NCBI GenBank assembly: GCA_963833095.1
Contig: CAWHWQ010000005.1
Coordinates: 288,001 to 352,000, forward strand
DNA: 64,000 nucleotides
Direction of reading: 5' to 3'
Source of the DNA: Vulcanimicrobiota bacterium
GTDB taxonomy: Bacteria > Vulcanimicrobiota > Vulcanimicrobiia > Vulcanimicrobiales > Vulcanimicrobiaceae
Position numbers and translations under genes: made by a program. Shown in pieces: positions 11,561-21,444 of this stretch (positions within the stretch are counted from its first letter, which is position 1; each line of letters starts with the position of its first letter). The notes below the pieces were generated by a model that ran no database searches, was not told the DNA's origin, and saw nothing but the letters and a program-made list of their open reading frames with translations.

Positions 11561-12381
11561 AGCTCTACTGTTCTACCGACATGGAGGGCGTCGCCGGCGT
11601 CAGCGGCTGGGAGCAGGTCGACGCCAGAACGCCGCATCCCGAGTACGCGATCTATCGACGATATTACACGCTGGAGGTCGCTGCGGCGATCGAGGGTGCG
11701 CGACGCGCCGGCGCGCGTGACGTGCTGGTCAACGACTCGCACGGCCCGATGCGCAACCTACTCTTCGACGATCTCCCCAGTGACATCCGCGTGGTCTTCG
11801 GCAATCGTAAGCCCTACTCGATGGTGCAAGACGCCGACGCGAGCTTCGGTGGTGCGTTCTTCATCGGCTATCACGGCGCCATCGGCGATCGTAACGCGGT
11901 GCTCTGTCACACCTACACACCCTCGGTCATCTACGAACTGCGCCTCAACGGCCTGGTTTGCGGCGAAGCCACGCTCAACGCCGCGCTGCTCGGTTCGTAT
12001 GGCGTACCGCTGTTGATGATTACCGGCGACCGCACGACGGTTGAAGGCGTTCAAGCGCAGATGCCGTGGGTACACGGAGTGATCGTCAAGGAATCGATCG
12101 GTACGTTGAGTGCCGACTCGATGTCGCCGGCCGCCGCGCAGCGCGCCATCGCGGAAGGCGCCGCACAGGCCGTTGCGAACGCGGCGAAGGCGACGCCCTT
12201 CGTGCTCGAACCGCCGATCGAAATGCACGTCACGCTCGCTAAGACCGAGCAAGCCGATTACGTCGAACTGATCCCGGGGTTCGAGCGCTCGGGGCCGCGT
12301 GAAGTGCGGTTCGCCGATCCAGATATTCGTACGGTTTTCAAGGCCTTCGTCGCGACGTTCCGTCTGGGAGCGCTCGCTTAA
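11557..12381 (+). CDS. M55 family D-aminopeptidase (DppA-like) 2
   Basis: CSTDMEG, VNDSH, GYHG, CHT; ATGA overlap with paralog 1. Confidence 0.92.
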   Translation: MKLYCSTDMEGVAGVSGWEQVDARTPHPEYAIYRRYYTLEVAAAIEGARRAGARDVLVNDSHGPMRNLLFDDLPSDIRVVFGNRKPYSMVQDADASFGGAFFIGYHGAIGDRNAVLCHTYTPSVIYELRLNGLVCGEATLNAALLGSYGVPLLMITGDRTTVEGVQAQMPWVHGVIVKESIGTLSADSMSPAAAQRAIAEGAAQAVANAAKATPFVLEPPIEMHVTLAKTEQADYVELIPGFERSGPREVRFADPDIRTVFKAFVATFRLGALA

Positions 12382-12394
12382 CGCGAGATTTCTA

Positions 12395-12430
12395 ACTTCA
12401 TGCCATGCTGAAGTGTCGATGCGGTATCAT
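12395..12430 (+). promoter_or_regulatory. Candidate operator (ACTTCA-N8-TGAAGT) and -10 box (TATCAT) of the ArsR-P450 operon
   Basis: Perfect 6-bp inverted repeat at 12395-12414; TATCAT at 12425-12430, 6 nt before the ATG at 12437. Confidence 0.55.
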
Positions 12431-12436
12431 GGTGAC

Positions 12437-13144
12437 ATGGCCACGAAACGGAACGTACGCACTGCCGAACCCCATATTGCCGAAGTTGCGGCGCTGATCG
12501 GTGACCCAGGCCGAGCCGCGATGCTGCTTGCGCTCTTCGACGGGCGCGAACTGACCGCGTCGGACCTCGCGCTGCGAGCGGGGATGACGCCGCAAGCCGC
12601 GACCGCACATCTCAAGAAATTGGTCGCCGCCGGACTGCTCACCGGACGCGCGCAAGGCCGCAATCGCTTCTTTGGCCTCACCTCTGCCGATGTCGCGCAC
12701 GCGATCGAAGCGCTGACCGCCATCGCCAGGCCGGCCCGCATCGTTGCCCTCGATCAGAGCACATCCTTCGAGCGCATGCGTTTGGCCCGTTCGTGTTACG
12801 ACCACTTGGCCGGGCGCTTGGGCGTCGGTGTCACCGATCGTTTGATCGAACGCGGCGCGATCTCGCAACGTGGAAAAGATTTTGCGCTCGGAGCGCGTGC
12901 GAACGCGGTCTTTTCCGAGTTGGGAGTCGACCTTGCAGGAGCCGGCGCACAACGGCGATCTTTCGCGCGCGTCTGCACCGATTGGACCGAGCGGCGTCCG
13001 CATATCGCGGGCAGTCTCGGCGCAGCGGTACTCAAACTGTTTCTCCATAACCGCTGGGTTACGCGCAATGCGAAAGATCGCGCCCTGCACATTACGCCCG
13101 AAGGTGCAAGTGCGTTGCGCGCGAGGTTCGACCTCGCATGGTAA
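12437..13144 (+). CDS. ArsR/SmtB family HTH regulator with extended C-terminal domain
   Basis: LIGDPGRAAML..TASDLA...PQAATAHL wHTH; ARSCYDHLAGRLGV and CTDWTERRPH motifs. Confidence 0.88.
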   Translation: MATKRNVRTAEPHIAEVAALIGDPGRAAMLLALFDGRELTASDLALRAGMTPQAATAHLKKLVAAGLLTGRAQGRNRFFGLTSADVAHAIEALTAIARPARIVALDQSTSFERMRLARSCYDHLAGRLGVGVTDRLIERGAISQRGKDFALGARANAVFSELGVDLAGAGAQRRSFARVCTDWTERRPHIAGSLGAAVLKLFLHNRWVTRNAKDRALHITPEGASALRARFDLAW

Positions 13145-14178
13145 CGCTCACGCCGACCACGGCGGTGACTGCCGAGGACCCATATCCGTACTACGCAGGC
13201 CTAGCCGTCGAGCATCCGCTGCACTTCGATGGCGACTTGAACTGTTGGGTTGCCGCGAGCACCCACGCAGTTGAGGAAGTGCTCAACAACGCGGCATTCC
13301 ACGTTCGGCCCGTCAACGAGGTGGTACCGCCGGCAATGCGCGGCAGCGCACTTGGCGAACTCTTCTCCGGCATGGTACGCATGACCGATGGACCAATGCA
13401 CGCGTCGCGCCGGCGCAGCGCCGAGCAGTTGCTCGAAAGCATCAACGTCGCGGGGATCGCCTCAGCACTGCCCGATTTGCGCGCGGCGCCACTTGATACA
13501 TTGATGTTCGCTTTCCCATCGCGCGCGATCGCTACGCTGCTGGGCATTGCTCCAAGCGACGTCGACGGCATCGAGGTGCATGCCCGCGCGTTAGCGCGCG
13601 CCATCGCGCCGGGGGCGCAACCGGAAACCGCGGCACCCGCATCGCGAGCTGTCGAAGCGCTCAGTGCGATCTTTGCTGAGCGTTTTTCTGACGAGCAGCA
13701 GCGATATGCCGCGATCGGCTTGCTCTTCCAAACCTATGACGGGACCGCCGGCTTGATCGGTAACACGCTCCACCACCTTGCGATCGCCCAGCCCGTGATT
13801 GCGGCGCGCATCGTGCAGGACGCGCCGACACTTGCGGGCTTCGTGGGCGAAGTCGCGAGGCTCGACCCACCGGTCCACAACACGCGTCGCTTTGCCGCCG
13901 CCGACATCACCATCGACGACGCGCTACTCCGCGAAAACGAAAGTGTGCTCGTCCTCCTCGCGGCCGCCAACTGCGACCCGGCCGCTGCGGGCCGTACGCT
14001 TACGTTTGGTGCCGGCATCCATGCGTGCATCGCGTCGCGCTTGGCCATCACGATCGCGAGCGTCGCGATCAAGGCACTCGTTGCTACCGGCATCGACCTC
14101 GCGACGATCGAACGGAACGGCTTCTACCCGTCCCTCAACGTGCGCGTGCCGCGTCTGCTCTACGCGCGCTTGCGCTGA
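13138..14178 (+). CDS. Cytochrome P450 (compact)
   Basis: EVARLDPPV (ExxR), LAAANCDP, FGAGIHACIA heme-thiolate motif. Confidence 0.85.
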   Translation: MVTLTPTTAVTAEDPYPYYAGLAVEHPLHFDGDLNCWVAASTHAVEEVLNNAAFHVRPVNEVVPPAMRGSALGELFSGMVRMTDGPMHASRRRSAEQLLESINVAGIASALPDLRAAPLDTLMFAFPSRAIATLLGIAPSDVDGIEVHARALARAIAPGAQPETAAPASRAVEALSAIFAERFSDEQQRYAAIGLLFQTYDGTAGLIGNTLHHLAIAQPVIAARIVQDAPTLAGFVGEVARLDPPVHNTRRFAAADITIDDALLRENESVLVLLAAANCDPAAAGRTLTFGAGIHACIASRLAITIASVAIKALVATGIDLATIERNGFYPSLNVRVPRLLYARLR

Positions 14179-15452
14179 TCGACCACTCGCACGGCTTTTC
14201 CTTGTGATCGCGGAATCGTGCCGGGCGAAACGATTTCCACGCGCATCGTCACGCCGGCGTAGCTCTTGATCGTCGCTGCGAGCGCGGCCGCGCAATCGTA
14301 GCGATCGCTCTCCGGCACCGCCGGATGCGTTTCGACGTGCAGCGCAACCTCGTCGAGTGCTCCCTCTCGCGTGAGATGAATCTGGTAGTGAAGCGTTAGC
14401 CGATCGTCACGCGCAATGAGCTCTTCTATCTGCGAGGGAAAGACGTTGACGCCGCGCACGATTAGCATATCGTCCGAACGACCCGTTATGCGCTGCAAGC
14501 GGCGCATCGGGCGTGCCGTCCCGGGCAACAGCCGCGTGAGGTCGCGCGTGCGGTAACGAATCGCCGGAAGCGCTTCTTTGGTCAACGTCGTCAGTACCAG
14601 CTCGCCGAACTCGCCTTCGGGTAGCACCGCGCCGGTTTCGGGATCGATGATTTCGGGATAGAAGTGATCCTCCCACAACGTGAGGCCATCTTTTGTCTCG
14701 ATGCATTCGACACCGACGCCCGGGCCCATGATTTCGGAGAGTCCGTAGATGTCGACGGCATCGATGCCGATCAGGCTTTCGATCTCGACGCGCATCTGCT
14801 CCGTCCACGGTTCGGCACCGAAGATGCCGATCTCCAAGCTGCACGCGCGCGGATCGAGGCCTTGGCGCACCATCTCCTCGGCGATCGCAAGCATGTAACT
14901 CGGCGTTACCATGATAATGCGCGGGCGCAAATCGGTGATGAGTTGCACCTGTTTTTCCGTTTGTCCGCCGGACATCGGAATCACCGTGCAACCGAGACGC
15001 TCAGCACCGTAGTGGGCGCCGAGCCCACCGGTAAAGAGCCCATAACCATAGGAGACGTGAACGATGTCACCAGGACGTCCGCCGGCTGCCCGAATCGAAC
15101 GCGCCATCAAGTTTGCCCAGGTATCGATGTCCCCTTGCGTGTAGCCGACGACCGTCGGCTTTCCGGTCGTGCCGCTCGAGGCGTGCAGACGAACCGTCTG
15201 CTCGCGCGGCACGGCAAAGAGTCCAAAGGGATACTGTTCGCGGAAGTGGCGCTTCTCCAAGAACGGAAAGCGCGCAAGGTCGGCGAGGTCGCGCACGTCC
15301 CTCGGATGCGCGCCGGCACGATCGAAGGCCTCGCGATAGAATGGCACACCGTCGTACGCGCGCAACAGCGCCGTCTGCAAGCGCGTGAGTTGGAGCGCCG
15401 CGAGCTCATCGCGGCTCGCGCGTTCGATTGAATCGAGCTGCGCCGTGCTCAC
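14160..15452 (-). CDS. paaK: Phenylacetate-CoA ligase
   Basis: HASSGTTGKP, YGYGLFTGGLG, DIYGLSE, GRSDDMLIVRGVNVFP; GTG start overlaps the paaJ stop. Confidence 0.95.
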   Translation of the reverse strand: MSTAQLDSIERASRDELAALQLTRLQTALLRAYDGVPFYREAFDRAGAHPRDVRDLADLARFPFLEKRHFREQYPFGLFAVPREQTVRLHASSGTTGKPTVVGYTQGDIDTWANLMARSIRAAGGRPGDIVHVSYGYGLFTGGLGAHYGAERLGCTVIPMSGGQTEKQVQLITDLRPRIIMVTPSYMLAIAEEMVRQGLDPRACSLEIGIFGAEPWTEQMRVEIESLIGIDAVDIYGLSEIMGPGVGVECIETKDGLTLWEDHFYPEIIDPETGAVLPEGEFGELVLTTLTKEALPAIRYRTRDLTRLLPGTARPMRRLQRITGRSDDMLIVRGVNVFPSQIEELIARDDRLTLHYQIHLTREGALDEVALHVETHPAVPESDRYDCAAALAATIKSYAGVTMRVEIVSPGTIPRSQGKAVRVVDQRKRA

Positions 15453-16658
15453 ACCCGTTCCATCGCGAGCGCGATGCCCTGACCCACGCCGATGCACATC
15501 GTGCACAGCGCGCGCTTGCCGCCGCGCTCGATCAGCTCAATCGATGCCGTGAGCGCGAGCCGCGCGCCGCTCATGCCGAGCGGATGACCCAGCGCGATTG
15601 CGCCGCCGTTTGGATTGACCTGCGCGGCATCGTCGGGAAGTCCAAGTTCGCGCATCGTCGCGAGCGCCTGCGAGGCAAATGCCTCGTTGAGTTCGATCAC
15701 GTCGAAATCCGTTAGCACGAGGCCGGTACGCGCCAGCAGCTTGCGCGTTGCAAAGATCGGTCCGATGCCCATGATCCGTGGCGCGACGCCGGCCGTCGCC
15801 GTGGCAATCACCCGAGCGCGCGGCGTCAGTCCGAAGCGCTCAACCGCCTGCTCCGAAGCGACGATCAACGCGGCCGCGCCGTCGTTGACGCCCGACGAGT
15901 TCCCGGCGGTGACGGTGCCGTTGTTGCGGAACGGCGTCGGCAACGACGCGAGTTTTTCGAGCGAGGTCTCGCGCGGATGCTCGTCGCGATCGACGGTCGC
16001 CGTTGCTTTGCCGTTGCGCACCTCGACCGGTACGATCTCTTTGGCAAGCCGTCCCGAAGTGATCGCCGCCGAGGCGCGCTGTTGCGAACGCAGCGCGAAG
16101 GCATCTTGATCGTCACGGCTGACGTTGAATTCGGCGGCAACGTTTTCGCCCGTCTCCGGCATACTGTCGATGCCGTAGCGTTCCTTCATGCGTCGGATTG
16201 ACGAAGCGCCACCCGATGGTCGTATCGAACACAGCGTTCTCGCGGGAGAATGCCGCGCTAGGCTTGGGCATGACGAAGGGTGCGCGCGTCATGCTTTCGA
16301 CACCGCCGGCAATCGCGAGGTCGATGTCGCCTGCGGCGATCGCGCGTGCCGCGCTCGCCACCGCATCGAGCCCCGACCCGCAGAGACGATTGATCGTGGC
16401 GCCGGGGACACGTTCGGGCAGCCCCGCAAGTAACGCCGCCATGCGCGCGACGTTGCGATTATCCTCTCCCGCTTGGTTCGCGCATCCGTAGAAGACGTCG
16501 TCGATCGCGGAAGGATCGAGCAGAGGATTGCGCGCGAGCAGCGCGGCGATCGGAAGCGCTCCGAGATCGTCGGTTCGCACCGTGGCAAGACTGCCGCCGT
16601 AGCGCCCGATCGGCGTGCGCACCCCATCGCAAATAAAAGCCGCGTTCCCGTTCACCAA
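15449..16658 (-). CDS. paaJ: 3-oxoadipyl-CoA thiolase PaaJ/PcaF (one frameshift near 16190)
   Basis: GCANQAGEDNRNVAR, NRLCGSG, TTIGWRFVNP, then the second frame with NEAFA, GGAIALGHPLG, CIGVGQG. Confidence 0.92.
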
Positions 16659-17095
16659 GGATCCTTTCCATCAAGTACATTGCCGCGCACGGCAGCCGAG
16701 TATCCGCGAAAAAGCGCGATGACGCGTCCGTCACCGCCGGTAACCGTCGCGTCGTAAATGCCAAAGCGCCCGGTCAAATTCGTTTCCCGGCACTCCACGA
16801 CCAACCGCTCACCCTCGCGGCCTGCCGTCACGTAGGTGATCGAGCAGTGCTGCGCCACCGAGGCGACATTGCGCGAGTTGCAGGCGAAGGCGAACGCGCT
16901 GTCGGCCAACGCAAAGATCGCGCCGCCGTGCGCCGTGTGATGACCGTTGATCATCTCGGGCAGCAAGGTCATCGAGAGCTTTGCGTATCCCGGCGCAACC
17001 GCGTCGATGGTCATCCCCGCCGTTTGCGAGGCGCGATCACGAGCGAACATCGCCTGGGCGCATCGCTCCGCGAGCGTTTGAGCTTCGTCTATCAT
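16652..17095 (-). CDS. paaI: Hydroxyphenylacetyl-CoA thioesterase
   Basis: NGHHTAHGGAIFALADSAFAFACNS hotdog motif. Confidence 0.93.
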   Translation of the reverse strand: MIDEAQTLAERCAQAMFARDRASQTAGMTIDAVAPGYAKLSMTLLPEMINGHHTAHGGAIFALADSAFAFACNSRNVASVAQHCSITYVTAGREGERLVVECRETNLTGRFGIYDATVTGGDGRVIALFRGYSAAVRGNVLDGKDPW

Positions 17096-17868
17096 CGACC
17101 CTCGAACTCGGGCTTGCGTTTGGCTGCAAACGCCTCGACGCCTTCGCGATAGTCACGAGTTGCGCCGAGCAAACGTTGTAATTCACGCTCGCGCTCGAGC
17201 GCTGCGTCGAGTGTCGAGACCGCGCTCGCGTCAAACGCCGCCTTGATCGCTCCAAGCGCTCGCGTCGGTGCTTGCGCGAGCGTGTGCGCGAGCGTATTGC
17301 ACGCGTCATCGAGCCCGTCGTCATCGACGACTTGCCAGATTGCTCCCCACATATGGGCTTGTTCGGCGCTAATGCGCTCGCCCAGCATCGCGATCCCGAC
17401 CGCGCGCGCGTGCCCGAACAGGCGCGGCAGCATCCACGTCCCGCCCGAATCCGGCAAGAGGCCGATGCGCGAGAACGATTCGATGAACGATGCGGAGCGC
17501 GCTGCGACGATAAAGTCGGCTGCAAAAGCCAGGTTCGCGCCCGCCCCCGCGGCAACGCCGTTAACGCGCGCCACGATCGGTTTGGGTAGCGCGCGCATCG
17601 CACGAATCAACGGATTGTAATACAGTTCGATCATCTCTCCGAGGTCACGCCCCGGCGCTACGGCAGGATCGGCCAGATCCTGTCCCGCGCAAAACGCGCG
17701 ACCGTTTCCGGTCAGCACCACGACACGTACGCCGTCGACTCCCGCCGCGTCTTCCAAGGCCTCGCGCGCCGCGCGCGCCAGCGCTCCGTCGATTGCGTTG
17801 AGTTTTTCGGGGCGATCGAGCGTGATGCGCAAAACGCCGGCGTCGCGCGTGACCAGCAGCCCGCTCAT
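17092..17868 (-). CDS. paaG: 2-(1,2-epoxy-1,2-dihydrophenyl)acetyl-CoA isomerase
   Basis: Crotonase motifs FCAGQDL, GVAAGAGANLA, GLLPDSGGTW; located in the paa operon. Confidence 0.92.
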   Translation of the reverse strand: MSGLLVTRDAGVLRITLDRPEKLNAIDGALARAAREALEDAAGVDGVRVVVLTGNGRAFCAGQDLADPAVAPGRDLGEMIELYYNPLIRAMRALPKPIVARVNGVAAGAGANLAFAADFIVAARSASFIESFSRIGLLPDSGGTWMLPRLFGHARAVGIAMLGERISAEQAHMWGAIWQVVDDDGLDDACNTLAHTLAQAPTRALGAIKAAFDASAVSTLDAALERERELQRLLGATRDYREGVEAFAAKRKPEFEGR

Positions 17869-18950
17869 ACCAGTTGCGCCGCAATCGCGTCGACGTCGAG
17901 CGCTAGGTCATCGCTGACCGGGTGGCTCTGGCACATGAGCACGACGCCGCTACGCACTTCGTAGTCCTCGAGGGCAAAATGCACGTCCATATCTACCTCT
18001 CCCGCCGTCAATTGCGCGCGGCAGGTCGAACAAACGCCGCCCTTGCACGAGAACGGCAGATCGATCCCTTGCCGCAGACCCGCTTCGAGCACCGACTCGG
18101 TGTCTTTGCGAATCTCGAACGTTCGTACGGTCCCGTCGAGGACGACGGTGGCGTGAGCGATGCGTTCCGGCTGGCTGCTCGCGCGTTCGCGCCGTTCGCG
18201 TGCGACACGCCCATCGGTGACAAAGCGTTCGATGACGGTTCGCTCCCGCGGAAACCCGCGATCGTCGAGTGCCGCCGCTACACCCTCCATCATCGATTCA
18301 GGGCCACAGATAAACGCATAGTCCGTGGCATCGAGGTCGATCCAGCCCTTGCACAATTCCAGCACGCGCTCGCGATCGATCCGGCCGTTGAAGGCATCGA
18401 TCTCCTGGCGCTCGCGACTGGTGACAAAGATCAAGGCGAGCCGCTCGAGGTGACGGTCCTTGAGATGCTGCAACTCCTCGCGGAACATCGTCGAAGAGGC
18501 CGAGCGGTTTCCGTAGACCAGCGTGAACGCGCTTCGGGGCTCGCGCTCGAGGGTCGTTTCGATCAATGAGAGCACGGGTGTAATTCCGCTCCCCGCTGCG
18601 AAGGCGAGATAGTTGCGCGCGCTGCTCGGATCGAGCGGCACGAAGAAGCGCCCCGCCGGCGAGCCGACCTCTAGTTCGTCGCCTTCGCGCAGCGATCCGT
18701 GCGCCCAACTCGAGAAGATGCCGTCGTCGACGCGCTTGATGGCGACACGCAAGCGTCCCGAGTGCGGGCTTGCGCAGATCGAATAGGACCGCCGCTGCTC
18801 TTCGCCGCCGATCGCCGCGCGCAGGGTGAGGTATTGCCCTTGCGTAAACGCAAACGCCTCGCGCAAATCTTCGGGAACGCCAAACTCGACGACCACGCTA
18901 TCGCGCGTGTCTTTGCGCACGTGACGAATCGGTAAACGATAAAAATCCAT
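17865..18950 (-). CDS. paaE: Phenylacetyl-CoA epoxidase reductase subunit
   Basis: RRSYSIC, AGSGITP, ICGP; C-terminal 2Fe-2S motif CKGGVCSTC...C. Confidence 0.95.
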   Translation of the reverse strand: MDFYRLPIRHVRKDTRDSVVVEFGVPEDLREAFAFTQGQYLTLRAAIGGEEQRRSYSICASPHSGRLRVAIKRVDDGIFSSWAHGSLREGDELEVGSPAGRFFVPLDPSSARNYLAFAAGSGITPVLSLIETTLEREPRSAFTLVYGNRSASSTMFREELQHLKDRHLERLALIFVTSRERQEIDAFNGRIDRERVLELCKGWIDLDATDYAFICGPESMMEGVAAALDDRGFPRERTVIERFVTDGRVARERRERASSQPERIAHATVVLDGTVRTFEIRKDTESVLEAGLRQGIDLPFSCKGGVCSTCRAQLTAGEVDMDVHFALEDYEVRSGVVLMCQSHPVSDDLALDVDAIAAQLV

Positions 18951-18951
18951 G

Positions 18952-19452
18952 CTAGTGCGGCTTCACGTAATCGAAGGGTTCGCGGCAGCTTTCGCAGCGG
19001 TAGAGCGCCTTGCATGGTGTCGAACCGAAGTGACTGATCTCTGTCGTATTTCCGGAGGAACAACGCGGGCATTGGATATGTCCTTCGACTTCGCTCGTTT
19101 CACTCGCTACAGTCAGGATGACAAGGCCGGAGCCAACGTCGTTTTTGGGGGGAGCAATGCCATGCTCGCTCAAGCGTGCTCGGCCGCGCGGCGTGATCCA
19201 ATCGGTCGTCCACGCGGGCGCGAGGCGTCGTTCGATGCGGACGTTTCGCACGCCATGATCGTGCAGCGCGCGCATAACGTCGGCTTCGATCACCGCGGTC
19301 GCGGGACAGCCCGAATAGGTCGGCGTCAGCGCGACAACCAACTCGTCGCCGTCCCAGCGCACGTCACGAACGATCCCGAGATCGGTAATTGAGATAGACG
19401 GCAGCTCAGGATCCGGAACTGCATCGAGCCATTTCCACTCTTGCGTCACCAT
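18952..19452 (-). CDS. paaD: Phenylacetyl-CoA epoxidase subunit D
   Basis: VPDPELP..SITDLG, TPTYSGCPA, CPRC, FGSTPCKALYRC..C.EPF. Confidence 0.95.
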   Translation of the reverse strand: MVTQEWKWLDAVPDPELPSISITDLGIVRDVRWDGDELVVALTPTYSGCPATAVIEADVMRALHDHGVRNVRIERRLAPAWTTDWITPRGRARLSEHGIAPPKNDVGSGLVILTVASETSEVEGHIQCPRCSSGNTTEISHFGSTPCKALYRCESCREPFDYVKPH

Positions 19453-20195
19453 TGTGCGCCCGGATAGCTGCGAGGTAAGACCTGCATCTCGGCCAGCATG
19501 TAGCTTAGGGCTTCACTATGGCGCCCTTGTTTGCCGCCCCTTTGCATCCAGACGTCAGCCGGCAATGCGAGGGTCGCGGTCTTGAGCGCCGCTTCCACGC
19601 GCTCGAGGAACGGTTCGCGCAGCGTTGCCGGATCGACGCCGATGCCTAACGTGATCATTGCGACGTCGATCTCGTCGCCGAGAAAGAGCTCGCCCGTGAA
19701 GCGCCAGAGGTGGTCAATCGCGCGCTGCGCGCGTTCGCGGCTCAGCCCGGTACCGTCGCCCAAGCGCACGAGCCAGTCCTCACTGCGCCGAAGATGGTAC
19801 GCCGTCTCCTTCGCCGCCTTCGCGGCGATCGCGGCGATGCGCTCGTCGCTCGACTGCGAAAGCGCTGTAAGTTGCAAATGCATCCATACATCGTAGAAAT
19901 ATCCGCGCACGATCGTGTCGGCGAAATTGCCGTTCGCTTGCTCAACCAGCAAGACGTTGCGATACGCGTCCGCGTCGCGATGGAAAGCTAGCGCATCCGC
20001 ATCGCGGCCGGCGCCTTCGATCTCACCCGCGTAGTCCAGCCAGAGTTTGGCTTGCCCGAAGAGATCGAGCGCAATGTTGGCGAGCGCAACGTCTTCTTCC
20101 ATGATCGGTGCGTGCGCTACCCACGCGGCGGTGCGTTGCGCCAGTACGAGCGCCGAATCGCCCACGCGGAGCAGATATTCAGAGCGGTCGGTCAC
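19446..20195 (-). CDS. paaC: Phenylacetyl-CoA epoxidase subunit C
   Basis: HAPIMEEDVALANIALD, KETAYH, LGDGT, GGKQGRHSE. Confidence 0.95.
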   Translation of the reverse strand: MTDRSEYLLRVGDSALVLAQRTAAWVAHAPIMEEDVALANIALDLFGQAKLWLDYAGEIEGAGRDADALAFHRDADAYRNVLLVEQANGNFADTIVRGYFYDVWMHLQLTALSQSSDERIAAIAAKAAKETAYHLRRSEDWLVRLGDGTGLSRERAQRAIDHLWRFTGELFLGDEIDVAMITLGIGVDPATLREPFLERVEAALKTATLALPADVWMQRGGKQGRHSEALSYMLAEMQVLPRSYPGAQW

Positions 20196-20476
20196 AGGTG
20201 CTTCACACCGTCGGGGACGTGATAGAACGTCGCATGCCGGTACCCTTTATCTTCCGAGGGTTCGAAAAGCGCTTCGCTCTGTGACGGATCGGTCGCGACG
20301 ATGTCGCTCGACTTGACGACCCAGATGCTCACTCCCTCGTTACGGCGCGTGTAGAGGTCGCGGGCATTTTGCACCGCCATCTCGGAATCGGCGGCGTGCA
20401 AGCTGCCCACGTGTTTGTGCGCAAGGCCGTTTTCGCTGCGCACGAAAATTTCCCAAAGCGGCCATGCTTTACTCAC
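20192..20476 (-). CDS. paaB: Phenylacetyl-CoA epoxidase subunit B
   Basis: [41 protein letters not shown] start overlaps the paaA stop. Confidence 0.95.
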   Translation of the reverse strand: MSKAWPLWEIFVRSENGLAHKHVGSLHAADSEMAVQNARDLYTRRNEGVSIWVVKSSDIVATDPSQSEALFEPSEDKGYRHATFYHVPDGVKHL

Positions 20477-21444
20477 GCGCGGCCCAGACATTTGCCGGCA
20501 TAGGCTAGGGCCGCATCGCGCACCCAGGCGCCGTCGTCCCACGCATCGATGCGCGCCTGCAGCCGCTCGCGATTGCACGGCCCATCGCCCTTGATGACGC
20601 GATAGAACTCGTCCCATTCGATCGCCCCGATGTCGTAGTGCTGCGTTGCTTCGTTCCAGCGCAGATCGGAATCCGGGATCGTTAGACCGAGTTGCTCAGC
20701 CTGCGGCACGGTTTGATCGATGAACTTCTGGCGTAATTCGTCGTTGGTAAAGAGCTTGATCTTCCAACGCATCGACTGCTCATTGTGCGGCGAAGCGGAA
20801 TCGGGCGGTCCGAACATCATCACCGAAGGCCACCACCAGCGGTCGAGCGCATCCTGCGCCATCGCATGCTGCTCGGGCATCCCGTGCGCGAGCTTCCACA
20901 TCACGTCGAAACCTTGGCGCTGATGGAAACTCTCTTCCTTACAAATGCGTACCATCGCGCGCGCGTACGGTCCGTAGGAGCAACGGGTCAGTGGAATCTG
21001 GTTGATGATCGCGGCGCCATCCACCAGCCAACCGATTGCGCCGACATCGGCCCAGGTCAACGTCGGATAGTTGAAGATGCTCGAATACTTGGCTTTGCCG
21101 CTCAAGAGCGCCTCGACCATCGCGTCGCGCGGCGTGCCCAGTGTCTCGGCCGCGCTATAGAGATACAGCCCATGGCCCGCCTCGTCTTGCACCTTGGCCA
21201 GTAAAATCAGCTTGCGCAACAAGGACGGCGCTCGCGTAATCCAGTTGCCCTCGGGCAACATACCGACGATCTCGGAGTGCGCGTGCTGCGAGATCTGACG
21301 CAGCAGCGTTTTGCGATACGGTTCGGGCATCCAATCGTTTGGCTCGACTTTCACCGAACGGTCGAGCCGCCCGTTGAACGCCGCCTCGCGCTCGTCGCCC
21401 GATCCCTGGCCGCCGACGATGCCGTCGCTAATTGACGTATACAT
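20473..21444 (-). CDS. paaA: Phenylacetyl-CoA epoxidase subunit A
   Basis: [41 protein letters not shown] diiron motifs. Confidence 0.97.
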   Translation of the reverse strand: MYTSISDGIVGGQGSGDEREAAFNGRLDRSVKVEPNDWMPEPYRKTLLRQISQHAHSEIVGMLPEGNWITRAPSLLRKLILLAKVQDEAGHGLYLYSAAETLGTPRDAMVEALLSGKAKYSSIFNYPTLTWADVGAIGWLVDGAAIINQIPLTRCSYGPYARAMVRICKEESFHQRQGFDVMWKLAHGMPEQHAMAQDALDRWWWPSVMMFGPPDSASPHNEQSMRWKIKLFTNDELRQKFIDQTVPQAEQLGLTIPDSDLRWNEATQHYDIGAIEWDEFYRVIKGDGPCNRERLQARIDAWDDGAWVRDAALAYAGKCLGRA

